64,000 bases of DNA. Origin: an uncultured Planctomycetaceae bacterium. GTDB lineage: Bacteria; Planctomycetota; Planctomycetia; Pirellulales; PALSA-1355. Below the pieces are notes generated by a model that was not told the DNA's origin, made no database searches, and saw nothing but the letters and a program-made list of their open reading frames with translations. The position numbers and the translations under genes are program-made. The stretch's first letter is position 1, and every line of letters starts with the position of its first letter. Shown in pieces: positions 45,995 through 57,111 of the stretch. The stretch spans positions 64,001 through 128,000 of the forward strand of contig CAWAUV010000008.1 in NCBI GenBank assembly GCA_963785305.1. The letters run 5' to 3'.

Positions 45995-48761
45995 ATGAAG
46001 CGATCGCATTTCGCGGCGAACGTGGCGCTCGCCCTGCTCACGGTGGCGGCGATCTTCTGCGGCGCCGGCTTCCGGACGGCGCGAGCGGCCATCGTCAAAG
46101 GCGAGTCGGTCGAGGGCATCACCGAATATCGCCTCGACAATGGCCTGCAAGTGCTGATCTATCCCGACCACTCGAAGCCCACGGTGACGGTGGCCATGAC
46201 CGTGTTCGTCGGCTCGCGGCAAGAAGGCTACGGCGAGACCGGCATGGCCCATCTGCTCGAGCACATGCTCTTCAAAGGCACGCCCAACCATCCGGCGATT
46301 CCCAAGGTGCTCAAGGATCGCGGCGCCAGTTACAACGGCACGACGAGCGTCGATCGCACGAACTATTACGAAACCCTGCCGGCCGAAAACGACAATCTCG
46401 AATTCGCCCTCGCGCTCGAAGCCGATCGACTGGTGAACAGCTATGTGCGCGGAGAAGACCTGTTTACCGAAATGACCGTGGTGCGCAATGAGTTCGAGCG
46501 CGGCGAAAACTCGCCGGGAGTGCTGCTCAACCAACGCGTCATGGCCACCGCCTTCGAGTGGCACAACTACGGCAAGAGCACGATCGGAAACCGCAGCGAT
46601 ATCGAACGGGTGCCGATCGGCAATCTGCAGGCCTTCTATCGCAAGTACTACCAGCCGGACAACGCGATGTTGGTCGTGGCCGGGGACTTCGAGCCCGAGA
46701 AGGCGCTCAAACTGATCGAGAAGCATTTCGGCGAGATACCCAAGTCGGCCAAGAAAATCGTGGCCTCCTACACCGAGGAGCCGCCGCAAGATGGCGAGCG
46801 CCTGGTGACGCTCCGCCGCGTGGGCGATCTAGGATTGGTCAGTGCGGTGTGGCATGTGCCCTCGGCCTCGCATCCCGATAGCGCTCCCCTGCAAGTGCTC
46901 GCCGGAGTGCTCGAAACTCCGCCCGCGGGTCGGCTCTATAAGTCGCTCGTCGAAACCCATTTGGCCGCCGATGTCGGCGCGGGAGTGACCGAATACCACG
47001 ATCCGGGCGTCTTCGAAGTGCAGGCCGAAGTGCGCAAGGACAGCTCGCTGGACACGGCCCGCGACGTGCTCATCGATGTCGCCGAAAAAATCGCCAGCGA
47101 AGGCGTGAGCGACGAAGAGATCGAGCGCGTGAAACGCCAGATATTGAAGAATCGCGAGCTCATGGCCTCCAATACCAGCCATGTGGCCGTGAACCTCAGC
47201 GACTGGGCCTCGCGGGGCGATTGGCGGCTCTATTTCCTGAATCGCGATCGCATTGAAAAAGTGACGCGCGACGATGTGAAACGCGTCGCGGCGAAGTATC
47301 TGATGCGAACGAACCGCACGGTGGGCCTCTTTATTCCGACCGAAAAGGTGGTCCGCGCCGCGGTGCCCGAGTCGCCCGACACGGCTCGGCTTTTCGCCGA
47401 CTATCATGGCCGCGCGGCGATGGCGGCGGGCGAGGCGTTTGATGTGTCGCCGGCCAATGTCGAGGCTCGCGCCAAGCGATCGAATCCGACGCCCGGGGTG
47501 AAGCTGGCCCTGTTGCCCAAGAAGACCCGGGGCGAAACCGTGAGCCTGCGACTCACGCTCCGCTACGGCTCGCTCGAAAACCTCAAGGGCTACGAATCGG
47601 CCGCCGAGTTTCTGCCGATGCTCATGACTCGCGGCACGAAGACCCTCTCGCGCCAGCAGATTCAAGACACGCTCGATAAGAACGAAGCCTCGCTCGCCGC
47701 CAGCGGCGATGTGGGCAGCGTGACCTTTCGAATCGAAACCAAGCGGTCCAAGTTGCCCGCGGTGCTGGAATTGCTCCGCGAAATCGTGCGCGACCCGTCG
47801 CTGCCCGACGAGGAATTCGAAATTCAGCGCGGCCAGAAGCTCGCCGCGCTGGATGAGCGTTTGACCGATCCGCAATCGCTGGCGATCGAACGCATGCGCC
47901 GCGCGCTGTCGCCCTTCGAGAAGAGCGATGTGCGTTATATTCCGAGCGTGGCCGAGGAAATTGCGCGCGACAAGGCGCTCAAGCTCGACCAGATTCGGAA
48001 ACTGCACGCGGATTTTCTCGGCGCAAGCCGCTGAGATTGCGATCGTGGGCGACTTCGACACCGATGCCTGCCTGCCCGCGCTCCGCGAGATGTTTGCCTC
48101 GTGGAACGGCAAGCAGTCCTATGCCCGACTGCCGAAGAAGCTGTTCCCCGATGTGAAGAGCGGCGAACAGCGCATCGACACGCCCGACAAGGCCAACGCG
48201 GTGTACTTCGCTGGCCAAGCATTTGCCATGAAAGACGATAGTCCCGACTACGCGGCGCTGTTGATCGGAAACTATATTCTCGGAGGCGGCTCGCTTTCGA
48301 GTCGCCTCGGTGACCGGGTGCGGCAGAAGGAGGGGCTCTCCTACGGAGTCGGGTCCATGTTCTCGGCCGACTCGTTCGATCCGCGGGCCGCGATCTCGAT
48401 CTATGCGATCTCGAATCCGCAAAACACCGACAAGGTGATCGTGGCGATCCGCGAGGAACTCCAACGCCTGCTCAAGGACGGCGTGACTTCCGAGGAACTC
48501 GAAAAAGCCAAACGAGGTTATCTCGACCAGCAGCAGGTGAGCCGCTCGCGCGATTCGGTCCTGGCGAGCGAGTTGAACGACACCGCTTATGTCGGGCGCA
48601 CGATGCGCTACTATACCGAACTCGAAAAGAAAATCGCCTCGCTCACCACCGCCCAGGTCCAAGCGGCGCTTCGCAAGTATCTGGCGCCGGAAAAAATGGT
48701 CGTGGTCGTGGCAGGCGACTTCCGCGCCGCGGGCGAATCGAAGCCGGGAAAAAAAGAATAG
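45995..48761 (+). CDS. M16 (pitrilysin/insulinase) zinc protease; frameshift near 48025
   Basis: GMAHLLEHMLFKGT (HxxEH); SSRLGDRVRQKEGLSYGVGS in the C-terminal half. Confidence 0.95.
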
Positions 48762-49011
48762 TGCTCGTAACAACCGGCGCGCCACGAAGCTTTTGATCGG
48801 ACCGCGACGGGCACATCGACACGACGCAAAAATTGGGCGATTTCTAGACCGGCGCCGCGGATGATGAAAACGCGCAAAGCGCCCGGGCGAAGGGGGCTAT
48901 CACTCGCTAGCACTCCGCAAGATCGATGGCGCGCGATCGCTCTTGCTGGCGGTGGGCAGGGCGCCTATACTCCGCCGCTTGTTTTATCTCGATGCTGGCA
49001 CGGAGGCCGCC

Positions 49012-50238
49012 ATGATACGCATTTGCTGGCTTTGCCTGGCGCTGGAGGCGCTCGGCTACCGCGCTCCTTTGGCGGCTCAGCCCCCGTCGACTTACGCCCC
49101 GCCGCCCGCTGGGGAAGCCGCCGGTCAAAACTGGCGCATTCCCGGCGGACGTCCGGCGAGCGGTTCGCTGCCGCCGAGCGATGGCATCACTCCGCTGCAG
49201 CCGACGACCACGGCCAATCGCCAGCCGCTAGCCCGCGTGACGCGCGGTCCCTCGACGCTGCCGAACGACGCCGGCCAGGAATGGCGCGACTACGACATCA
49301 GCCCCTACACGACTCGAGTGACGACGACGAATCGGCCGGAACAAGCGATCGTCGACTGGATTTTGCGCGAGACCGGCCATGAGACATGGCACGGTGAGCC
49401 GCTGGGCCTGCTCATGGCCAACAAGCGAACATTGAGCGTGTACCATACGCCCGAAATCCACGCGGTGGTAAGCGATATCGTCGATCGGTTCGTGAGTAGC
49501 GAGGCCGAAACCCAGGCCTTCGGCATTCGCATCATCACACTCAACAGCCCCAACTGGCGGGCCAAGGCGCATTCGGTGCTCAAAAGCGTGAATGTGCAGA
49601 GCCAGGGCGCGCAAGCTTGGCTGCTGGCCAAGGAAGACGCGACGATGGTGATGGCCGATCTGCGCAAACGCACGGATTTTCGGGAACACGGCTCGCCGCA
49701 TTTGCTGGTCCACAACGGACAATCGAGCGTCGTGTCGCTGATGAAGCCGCGAAGCTATGTGCGCAATGTATCGATCAACGCCGCGGTCTGGCCCGGCTTC
49801 GCTCCCGAGCAAGGACAAATCGATGAAGGCTTCAGCCTGGAGTTCAATCCGCTATTGTCGGTCGATGGGCGCACGATCGACGCGGTGCTCAAGTGCCATG
49901 TCGATCAGGTCGAACGAATGCTGGCGGTGAATATCGACGTGCCGACCGCAATTTCGCCGCGGCAGCGCACCAAGATCGAAGTGCCGCAAATGAGTTGCGT
50001 GCGGCTGCATGAGCGGTTTCGCTGGCCGGTCGATCAGGTGCTGCTCGTGAGCCTGGGCGTGGTGGCGTCGCCGAGCCCCGCCACCACCGGCGGATTGCCG
50101 ACCACGCTGTCGCTCAACAACGGCGCCCGCTCGGAGCTACTGCTCTTCGTGGAAAATCGCGGCAAGGCGCCGACGACTCCCGGCGCTCCGGCGGCCGGCG
50201 CAGTGCGCGAGGCGAGCATCTACAAGGGCCGGTATTGA
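49012..50238 (+). CDS. Secreted protein with divergent secretin-like (N3 + secretin) architecture
   Basis: Signal peptide; AIVDWILRETGHETW..TLSVYHTPEIHAVVSDIV; SPHLLVHNGQSS..EGFSLEFNPLLSVDGRTI..IEVPQ..WPVDQVLLVSLG. Confidence 0.55.
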   Translation: MIRICWLCLALEALGYRAPLAAQPPSTYAPPPAGEAAGQNWRIPGGRPASGSLPPSDGITPLQPTTTANRQPLARVTRGPSTLPNDAGQEWRDYDISPYTTRVTTTNRPEQAIVDWILRETGHETWHGEPLGLLMANKRTLSVYHTPEIHAVVSDIVDRFVSSEAETQAFGIRIITLNSPNWRAKAHSVLKSVNVQSQGAQAWLLAKEDATMVMADLRKRTDFREHGSPHLLVHNGQSSVVSLMKPRSYVRNVSINAAVWPGFAPEQGQIDEGFSLEFNPLLSVDGRTIDAVLKCHVDQVERMLAVNIDVPTAISPRQRTKIEVPQMSCVRLHERFRWPVDQVLLVSLGVVASPSPATTGGLPTTLSLNNGARSELLLFVENRGKAPTTPGAPAAGAVREASIYKGRY

Positions 50239-50248
50239 AAGTCCGCGC

Positions 50249-51235
50249 CTAACCGCGGCGGGGTTTGCGGCGGAGGATTTCTTCGTAGGCCGCCAGGGTT
50301 TGCTCGGCGGTGTGGCGCCACGTGAAGGCATCGAGCATCCGGGCTCGCAAGGCGCCGGGGTCGCGCGTGTCGGCCAACGCGTGCTCGATCCCGGCCCGAA
50401 TGCTCGCGCGATCGGTCGGCGACACATAATGCGCCAGGTCGCCAAAATACTCGCGGGCACAGCCTTCATCCGTGCTCACCACGCGCGTCGCCAACGAGGC
50501 GGCTTCCATCGACGCGAGGCCCGGTGTTTCGAAATGGCTCGCCAACACATGAGCCGCCGCGGCTTGATAGGCGCTCTTGAGCAGATCGCTTTCCGGCTCG
50601 AAGCGGCCGAGATAGTGGGTAAAGCCTTCGCCGGCGGCGAGGCAATCGGCCAGATATTTGTCTTCGCGCACTCCACCAACCAGGAGCAACGCGCGGCCGA
50701 GTCCTTGGCAAGCCTGGACTAGCCCGAGCTGGTTCTTACGCGGCTCGACATTGCCGACACAGAGCAGAAAATCGCGATGGGGAAATTTGGCGTGAAACAG
50801 TTCCGGCCCCGGTCCCCGGGCTAGCGAGGGATCGATTCCATTGTAAACGACTTGGAAATGCGATCGCGGCAGATCGTAGAAATACATGAAGCTTTCGAGC
50901 TCCGCGGCCGAATTGGGGAGCACGATGTCGCTACGATGGAAGAGGTGAAAAATATCGTGGATCGGAAACTGCCCGCCACCGTTCTTCAGCCACAAAATGG
51001 GCGACAAGGCGAGCGGCACTCCGCGCTCGCGCACCGCGTCGTGAAAAGGCCACGAGCCGCCGCGAGCGGAAAACATGTGGACGATATCGTAGTGCTCGAC
51101 CGCCGGCGCCCAGGGATTGTACAGATCGACCTCGACTCCGAGCCGCTGCAAGTGCTCGCGCGTCTTGAGCAACTGCACCTCGCCGCCGCCGGGGCAGAAA
51201 AACGCCGTCGAATAGGTATTGAACAGCACTTTCAT
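50249..51235 (-). CDS. Glycosyltransferase family 4
   Basis: PGGGEVQ, VVYNGID, GNVEPRKNQ and ETPGLASMEAA. Confidence 0.92.
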   Translation of the reverse strand: MKVLFNTYSTAFFCPGGGEVQLLKTREHLQRLGVEVDLYNPWAPAVEHYDIVHMFSARGGSWPFHDAVRERGVPLALSPILWLKNGGGQFPIHDIFHLFHRSDIVLPNSAAELESFMYFYDLPRSHFQVVYNGIDPSLARGPGPELFHAKFPHRDFLLCVGNVEPRKNQLGLVQACQGLGRALLLVGGVREDKYLADCLAAGEGFTHYLGRFEPESDLLKSAYQAAAAHVLASHFETPGLASMEAASLATRVVSTDEGCAREYFGDLAHYVSPTDRASIRAGIEHALADTRDPGALRARMLDAFTWRHTAEQTLAAYEEILRRKPRRG

Positions 51236-51543
51236 GAAACGCGCTTTCCTTGGATCGCGAAGCGGCGGAATCCCGACGGGCTGCTGATTATGACAAACTC
51301 GCCGCGCACGGCACAACCCGAGTCGCGCCGGCCGGGCGCCGCCGCGCCGCGAACTCCCGCGGACTATTTCACCGCGGGCCATTCGAGGGCGGCCCGAGCC
51401 ATGCTATCCTTTGATGCTGACGGCAGGAGATTGTAGCCCGAGACTCCCGGTGAAACACGATCGCACCGGGCGATTCGGGATAAGAGTCGGTTGTCGAATT
51501 CATCTGGACGTTCCTTTCGAGCTGAAGTAAATGCCGTGATTCA

Positions 51544-51705
51544 ATGCCATTCGTGCTGATAATACTTGTCGGCCTGTCGACCCTCGTGGCGATCGCGCTC
51601 GCGGTTTTCGTGGCCGTGTGTTTCCCGGAGTTTTCGAGATTCATTTTCTGGGCGCTGATATCCGCCAGGGACGCGATTCCTGAAAAGCGGCGAAAGAAAC
51701 GATGA
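51544..51705 (+). CDS. 53-aa membrane microprotein (absent from the ORF track)
   Basis: MPFVLIILVGLSTLVAIALAVFVAVCFPEFSRFIFWALISARDAIPEKRRKKR*; TGA overlaps the ATG of the next ORF. Confidence 0.5.
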   Translation: MPFVLIILVGLSTLVAIALAVFVAVCFPEFSRFIFWALISARDAIPEKRRKKR

Positions 51706-52017
51706 AACGCCCTGGGTTTTGTGTCGCGATCTTGATCGTGATTCTAGTCGTCGTTGCGGCGGTCGTCGGACTGATCGTAATCGCCGCCAATGCGATTCCA
51801 AAACAAGACGCCCGAAAAGGACAAAACCCGGAGCCTCATGTCCAGACAATCAGCGAAATCCGAATCGATCCCATTGAGCCGCATTGAACCTCAACTCGGT
51901 CTCGCTGACGATCCACCACAAGGCAACGGGCTCCCGGCCAAGCACTGGGTCAGGGAGCACAAGAGAGACGGGCACGACGTTAAAGGCCACTGGGCGAAGA
52001 ATCCAAGAGCACACTAA
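51702..52017 (+). CDS. Small membrane-anchored protein with His/Trp-rich C-terminus; probable frameshift near 51880
   Basis: TM in ORF 51702-51887; HWVREHKRDGHDVKGHW in ORF 51790-52017. Confidence 0.45.
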
Positions 52018-52162
52018 CGACTACCGAAAACGCCGGTGCGGGCGGGCGACCGCACGCTCCGCTCAGTTCCGGGTTTCGGCCGGCTCGGGCGGCGCCGCAG
52101 GTTTACGGCCGCGGGCGCAGTGTGTCCCGCGCCGCGTGTCGCGCTTAGCAAGGAAGGTATTC

Positions 52163-52645
52163 ATGGGCTCGGTATCCAAGGCAGATAGACGTTTCGGCGC
52201 CATGCTCGGCGTCGTGACCGCGGTGCTGCTCGCGTGGTCCGGCGCGATTGCCGCGGCGGCGGAGCCCTCGCCAGCCGCGGCCGCGGCGAGTAAAGCCACG
52301 ACCGCCGAAACGGTCGAGATGGTTGTCGACTTCGGCGATGGCGTTGAAGTCCACTTCACGCGGCTCCCCTGGAAGCCGGCAATGACGGTCGCCGACGCCG
52401 TGAAACTGACCGATGGCCAACCGCACGGGCCGAAATTCGTCCGCATCGGCTCTGGCGAAACGTTGCTGGTCACCCAGATTGGCGACCTCAAGAACGAGGG
52501 TCGCGGACGCGACCGGCGCAATTGGCTTTATCAGCTCAATGGGACCTTGGCGGACGAGGGGGCCGGGGCTCAATCGCTCAAAGCGGGCGACCGTATCTTG
52601 TGGAAGTTCGAACGCTATGACTACAATTCTAGCGGCTCGAAATAG
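52163..52645 (+). CDS. DUF4430 (transcobalamin C-terminal-like) secreted protein
   Basis: Signal peptide; LVTQIGDLKNE..NWLYQLNG..GAGAQSLKAGDRILWKF. Confidence 0.75.
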   Translation: MGSVSKADRRFGAMLGVVTAVLLAWSGAIAAAAEPSPAAAAASKATTAETVEMVVDFGDGVEVHFTRLPWKPAMTVADAVKLTDGQPHGPKFVRIGSGETLLVTQIGDLKNEGRGRDRRNWLYQLNGTLADEGAGAQSLKAGDRILWKFERYDYNSSGSK

Positions 52646-52779
52646 TTCAGATATTTTCGCAAACCGAAATGCTGGCTTCGTCGGCAGTTCTACCGGCGAC
52701 GATCGTGTTGCGGTCAGCATGATCGCTCGCGAGTCACGGGCCGACGTGCCGCTTCCTCCAGTTCAATACCTTGGGAGAA

Positions 52780-53406
52780 ATGATTGTGCCCCGCCGCTGG
52801 CTTACCGATTTTGCCGTCTTTACCCTGCTCGTGACCCTGGGATTTGCAAGCCGCATGGCGAAAGAGGCGCTCGGGCTCTCGCTGCCAAACTTTCACGCCG
52901 TGACCGCGGTGAGCCTGTTTGCCGGCTTTTATTTCGCTGGAAAGGGCGCGGCTGGCAAATGCTGGGCGCTGGCGACGCCCCTAGCGGCGATGGCGATCTG
53001 CGATGGCGCCTTCGGCGGGTACGAGCCATTGATTATGGCTACGGTCTATGCCGCTCTGGTCGCGCCAGCCGCGGTGGGACTTATCGTGGGTAAAAGCTCG
53101 CCCTGGACAGTCCTTCCGCTTACGCTGGCGGCAACGTTGCTCTTCTTCTTTGCGACCAACCTCGCGGTTTGGTGGACTTGGCACAACCACGACTATGCGG
53201 GCCTCGCCATTTGCTTTACGCGAGCGCTGCCCTTTTTGAAGTATTCGCTCGCGGGCGACTTGAGCTTCACGCTCGCGCTGTTCTCGGTTTATGCGGCTTT
53301 CAGCCCCGGGCGAACCGAGTCGAGGGCGCGGTCTAGAAACGCAATCGCGTCGGACTGCTGTCAAGCAGCCCGACGCAATTCGCCTGCCGAGTTAATCGGC
53401 GGTTGA
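52780..53406 (+). CDS. DUF6580-like putative transporter (ECF S-component-like)
   Basis: LPNFHAVTAVSLFAG, LFFFATNLAVW and AGLAICFTRALPF..LAGDL; multi-TM. Confidence 0.75.
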   Translation: MIVPRRWLTDFAVFTLLVTLGFASRMAKEALGLSLPNFHAVTAVSLFAGFYFAGKGAAGKCWALATPLAAMAICDGAFGGYEPLIMATVYAALVAPAAVGLIVGKSSPWTVLPLTLAATLLFFFATNLAVWWTWHNHDYAGLAICFTRALPFLKYSLAGDLSFTLALFSVYAAFSPGRTESRARSRNAIASDCCQAARRNSPAELIGG

Positions 53407-53427
53407 TTCGCTGGCGCGTGGCCGCGA

Positions 53428-53607
53428 TCAGGAATTGTTCGCCCGATGGGCCGTGTCTTTCGCCTTGTCGACGACTTTCTCGGCGGCTTGCTTGACCTTG
53501 CCGGTGGCCTCGTCGATCTTGCCCTCTCGGCGCAGATGGTCATTGTCGGCCAGATCGCCGGCAGCCTGCTTGACGCGTCCCTTGATTTCGTCGGTTTTTC
53601 CGCTCAT
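53428..53607 (-). CDS. csbD: CsbD family stress protein
   Basis: DEIKGRVKQAAGDLADNDHLRREGKIDEATGKVK. Confidence 0.88.
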   Translation of the reverse strand: MSGKTDEIKGRVKQAAGDLADNDHLRREGKIDEATGKVKQAAEKVVDKAKDTAHRANNS

Positions 53608-54084
53608 CGCATGGACCTCCTCATAAAATGAAATAAGGGGAAGCCGAGCAGTCATTCGCCCCGTAAGTTAGCGAACCAAAGTGGGTGAAGACTTCGGTTC
53701 TTGGATCAGCTATAGGACCCTGTAGCGAACGGCCGCCCGACTTCCCGAATATGCCTTGCGGCACATGTTTTGGGAAACGACGTAAAAATCGACGTCGGGC
53801 CGCGCCCCGAGACCTCGGAGCGCTCTTGCGAGCACCCCGTATTCGAAACGCGGTCCGGCATCGGAAGGCGTAAAGAGCAAATGTGGGGCCAATTAAAGCC
53901 GATCCGACAACTCCCCCCTCGCCCTTTGGGAGAGGGTAGGATGATGGCTCGCCGAAGTTCTCGGATCGGCTCTAAAGCCTATCAAATCCATGCAGCGTTT
54001 TTTTCCAGCCGATGACTTCCTGAACGAGAATTTGGAACCGAAGGAACCCAGACAGGCCGAAGGAACCAGACAGACGCCAAAATT

Positions 54085-54452
54085 GGTAGTGTCATCGCGG
54101 GCAAGCAGTTGGCCCATGCTCGCGTTGTCGTACATCGCCGCGGTCGTGGCCCGGCCCAGGTTGTCGAGCGCTGTAGCGGCCGGTGGCGTCGGTCGTGCTG
54201 ATTTGCCGATCGCGGAAGTCGTAGCCGTAGCCGGTCACGCGGTTGTTCGCGCCGGTGGCGTCGACATAAGCCGTGCTTTGCGTGAGATTGCCGTCGCCCA
54301 CGCCGCCGTTGTCGTAGACGCTGGCGGAAGTTTGAACCATGTTGTTGCCGGTCGCGCCGCCGCCGGTCGGATCGGAGTCGGTGGCGCCGGCGTCGTTCGT
54401 GCCCACGAACGTGGCGATCGCGCGGCCGTTGATGTCGAACAGCGCGCGGGTG
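54085..54452 (-). pseudogene. Rhs/YD-repeat internal fragment truncated by the IS
   Basis: TTRALFDINGR..YDNGGVGDGNLTQ..YGYDFRDRQ..DNLGR; 5' end cut exactly at the IS TIR. Confidence 0.8.
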
Positions 54453-55562
54453 GTAACTGTTAAGCATTTCCTCTTTCCCGAAATTGGGTTTTCGGTCACA
54501 TTGATTGGATCATGGATGATCGAGATCGACGGATCGCCGAGTTGGAAGCGGAAATCGCCCGGTTGCTGGCGGAGAACGGAACGCTGCGCAAGCGCGTCGA
54601 GCAACTCGAACAGCAAGTCCAAAAGTTTTTGCAGCGGCGCAAGAAAACTGCTCGGCCATTTGCGTTGGGGCGGCGACTTTGTTCGAGCCGGTGGTCGACA
54701 AACTCTGGGAACTCTTGCGCAATTCGCCGGTCGTGCAAGGCGACGAAACCGGTTGGCGGATCGACGGACTGCCCGCGTGGGCCTGGTGTTTTCGAGACCC
54801 GCGCTTGGCATTGTTCCTGATCGATCGCCATCGCAATCGGGCCGTGCTCGAGCGAGCGTTGGGCACATCGTTCGCGGGCACGCTGGTCAGCGATTTTTAT
54901 GCGGTCTACAACGGGCTCGACTGCCGCAAACAGCGCTGCTTGGTCCATTTGCTTCGCGAGTTGCACAAGCTGCGCGAGACGTTGCCGGCGGCGAGCGTGC
55001 GGGCCTTCATCCAGCCGTTGATCACGCTGTTTCAAGACGCGATCCGGTTGGGCCACGAGCGCAAGTCGCTCGGCAAAAAAGCTTTCAACGCGGCCCGACA
55101 CGAGATTCAAAACCGTTTCGACACGTTGATCCTCGAGACGCGCGTGCGGCATCGCGAATGTTTGCGAATCTGGCGGCGGCTGTTCAAGCACTCGGACGAA
55201 TTGTTCACCTTTCTCGACGATGCGAATGTTCCGGCCGACAACAACGGAACCGAACGCGACATCCGAAGCCTGGCGGCGGCGAGGAATGATGGCGGCACGC
55301 ATCGGACCGAATGGAGCGCGGCGGCGTTCGCCCGAATCAAGAGCGTGATCGCGACCGGCGCGAAAAACGGTTTGAGCTTCGCAAGGTATGGAATCGAAGT
55401 CGTGCGCACTAAATTGCAAGGCAAGACCCTGCCGCTGCCGATCACCAATAGCAGTTAAACCATCCGCCACGCGACCCATCCCCGGAAATTCCTCGCCCGC
55501 GATCCCCGCCAATATCGCCACCGCCCCCCCGCGCCCAGGCCACGCCACGGCTTAACAGTTAC
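54453..55562 (+). mobile_element. IS66-family (single-ORF, ISBst12-like) element, internally deleted, copy 1
   Basis: Perfect 13-bp TIRs GTAACTGTTAAGC; transposase motifs QGDETGW, LVSDFYAVY, QRCLVHLLRE and DNNGTERDIR. Confidence 0.9.
54512..55458 (+). pseudogene. IS66 transposase: coiled-coil N-terminus joined out of frame to the DDE domain
   Basis: MDDRDRRIAELEAE (54512) and DDE ORF 54679-55458; no zinc-finger/HTH middle part seen. Confidence 0.8.
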
Positions 55563-57111
55563 ATTGGCTGGGCATGCAATACGCGCAGCTAATCATCGAA
55601 GGTCAAACGCCGTTTGTTGATTTCTTCGACACGAATCCGCCGGCGGTGATGTATTTGAACATCCCGCCGGCCGCGCTGGCAGCAATGCTGGGCATTGATG
55701 GGCGCATCGTGTTTTATTCGTATGTGCTCGGCATGCTGGTCGGCTCGACATGGCTCATCGGCTACCTGCTGCGGCGACTGCGGCCACCGCTCTCGCCACC
55801 CGAAATCGGCGTCTTGGGCCTTGCCTGGATCGCGGCGACCCTCAACATGGTGCGGACCGGCGACTTCGGTCAACGCGAGCATATGTTTATCCTGGCCGCC
55901 GGGCCAATGTTCTTTTTGCGAGTCTTGCGGCGCGAAGGCGTGACGGTTCCGGTTTGGCTGGCGGTGGCGATGGGCGCGGCGGCTTCGGCCGCGGCCTGCC
56001 TGAAGCCGCACTTCATCATGATTTTGGTGATCATCGAACTTGCGTTGCTCGTGAAGTCGCGCGATCCACGTTCGCTGCTCGATCCCGAGGCGATCGCGTT
56101 CTTCGCCGTGATTCTCGCGTATCTCGGCCACTGGCTGCTTTTGCCGGCGGCGGCGCGGCATTATTTCTTTGGGCGCCATCTGCAACTGATTGCCGCGGGC
56201 TACTCCGTCTATGCGCGGCCGCTCGAATGGGTATTCCGACGCACTTGGTTGCATTTGCTGCTGCCTCTTGGCGCGATTGTGTCGGCGACTTTCGGCATTT
56301 GGCAGGCGCAAAGGTCTTTCATGCGGCGGTTGATGACTTCGCTCATCGCCGGCATCATGGGCGGGCTCATCTCGTACATGTCCCAACAAAAGGGGTGGAG
56401 TTATCATCGCATTCCGATGGTCTACTTTTCGATCCTCGCGATCGCCGCGGTTTATTGCCAAGGGATTCACCAGCTGTTTGTCTCGGACCGCCGGCGGCTG
56501 CGCCGCGCGGTTGTCGCGGCGCCACTCGTGGCGACGCTCTTAAGCGCCGGTGGAGTGTTCGCGCTGGTCCATCGCGCGAAAGCGATCGAACCGTGGGGTC
56601 GAGGATCTCGAAGCGCTGATGCTCAAGGAGACCAAGCCCGGCGATCAGGTCCTATTCGTCGCCACCGCGATCGAACCTGCTTATCCGCTGGTGTTCAATC
56701 TCGATCGGCGGCCGGGCTCTCGCTATCCCGCTAGTTTTCCGATCGCCTTCAGCTATGCCGACGTGCCGCGTAACGCGCCAGCCGCCGAGATCGACTATCG
56801 GGCACATGCGCGAAAACTCGCTCGAACAGGAATTCTTGGAAAGTCTGCGCGACGACATTCGCGCACGTCGGCCGCGCATGGTTTGTATTCAGGACGCCGA
56901 AGACCGCATGGCCCTACCGATCCACTTCAATATGCGAACCTATCTCGATCAGACCGGCATCGTCGCCCTGTTGCGGGAACTCGGCTATCGCGAGGAATCG
57001 CTCCGCGAGCATTGGGCCGCGTTCGTTGCCCCAGGACGCTCGAAATGCGATGGGCCCCGCCACGACCCGCGGGAACTGGACTCAAAAGACGGGGAACGGG
57101 CCCGCGGATAA
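55563..57111 (+). pseudogene. 5'-truncated polytopic membrane protein (GT-C-like); frameshifts near 56600 and 56810
   Basis: PFVDFFDTNPP, DFGQREH, LKPHF and QQKGWSYH; many TMs followed by a soluble C-terminal domain. Confidence 0.65.

Noticed and set aside
52646..52779. Cobalamin or ZTP riboswitch upstream of the DUF6580-like gene
   Set aside because: Only a weak GAGTCA..GAC.TGCC resemblance; core motifs not found by eye.
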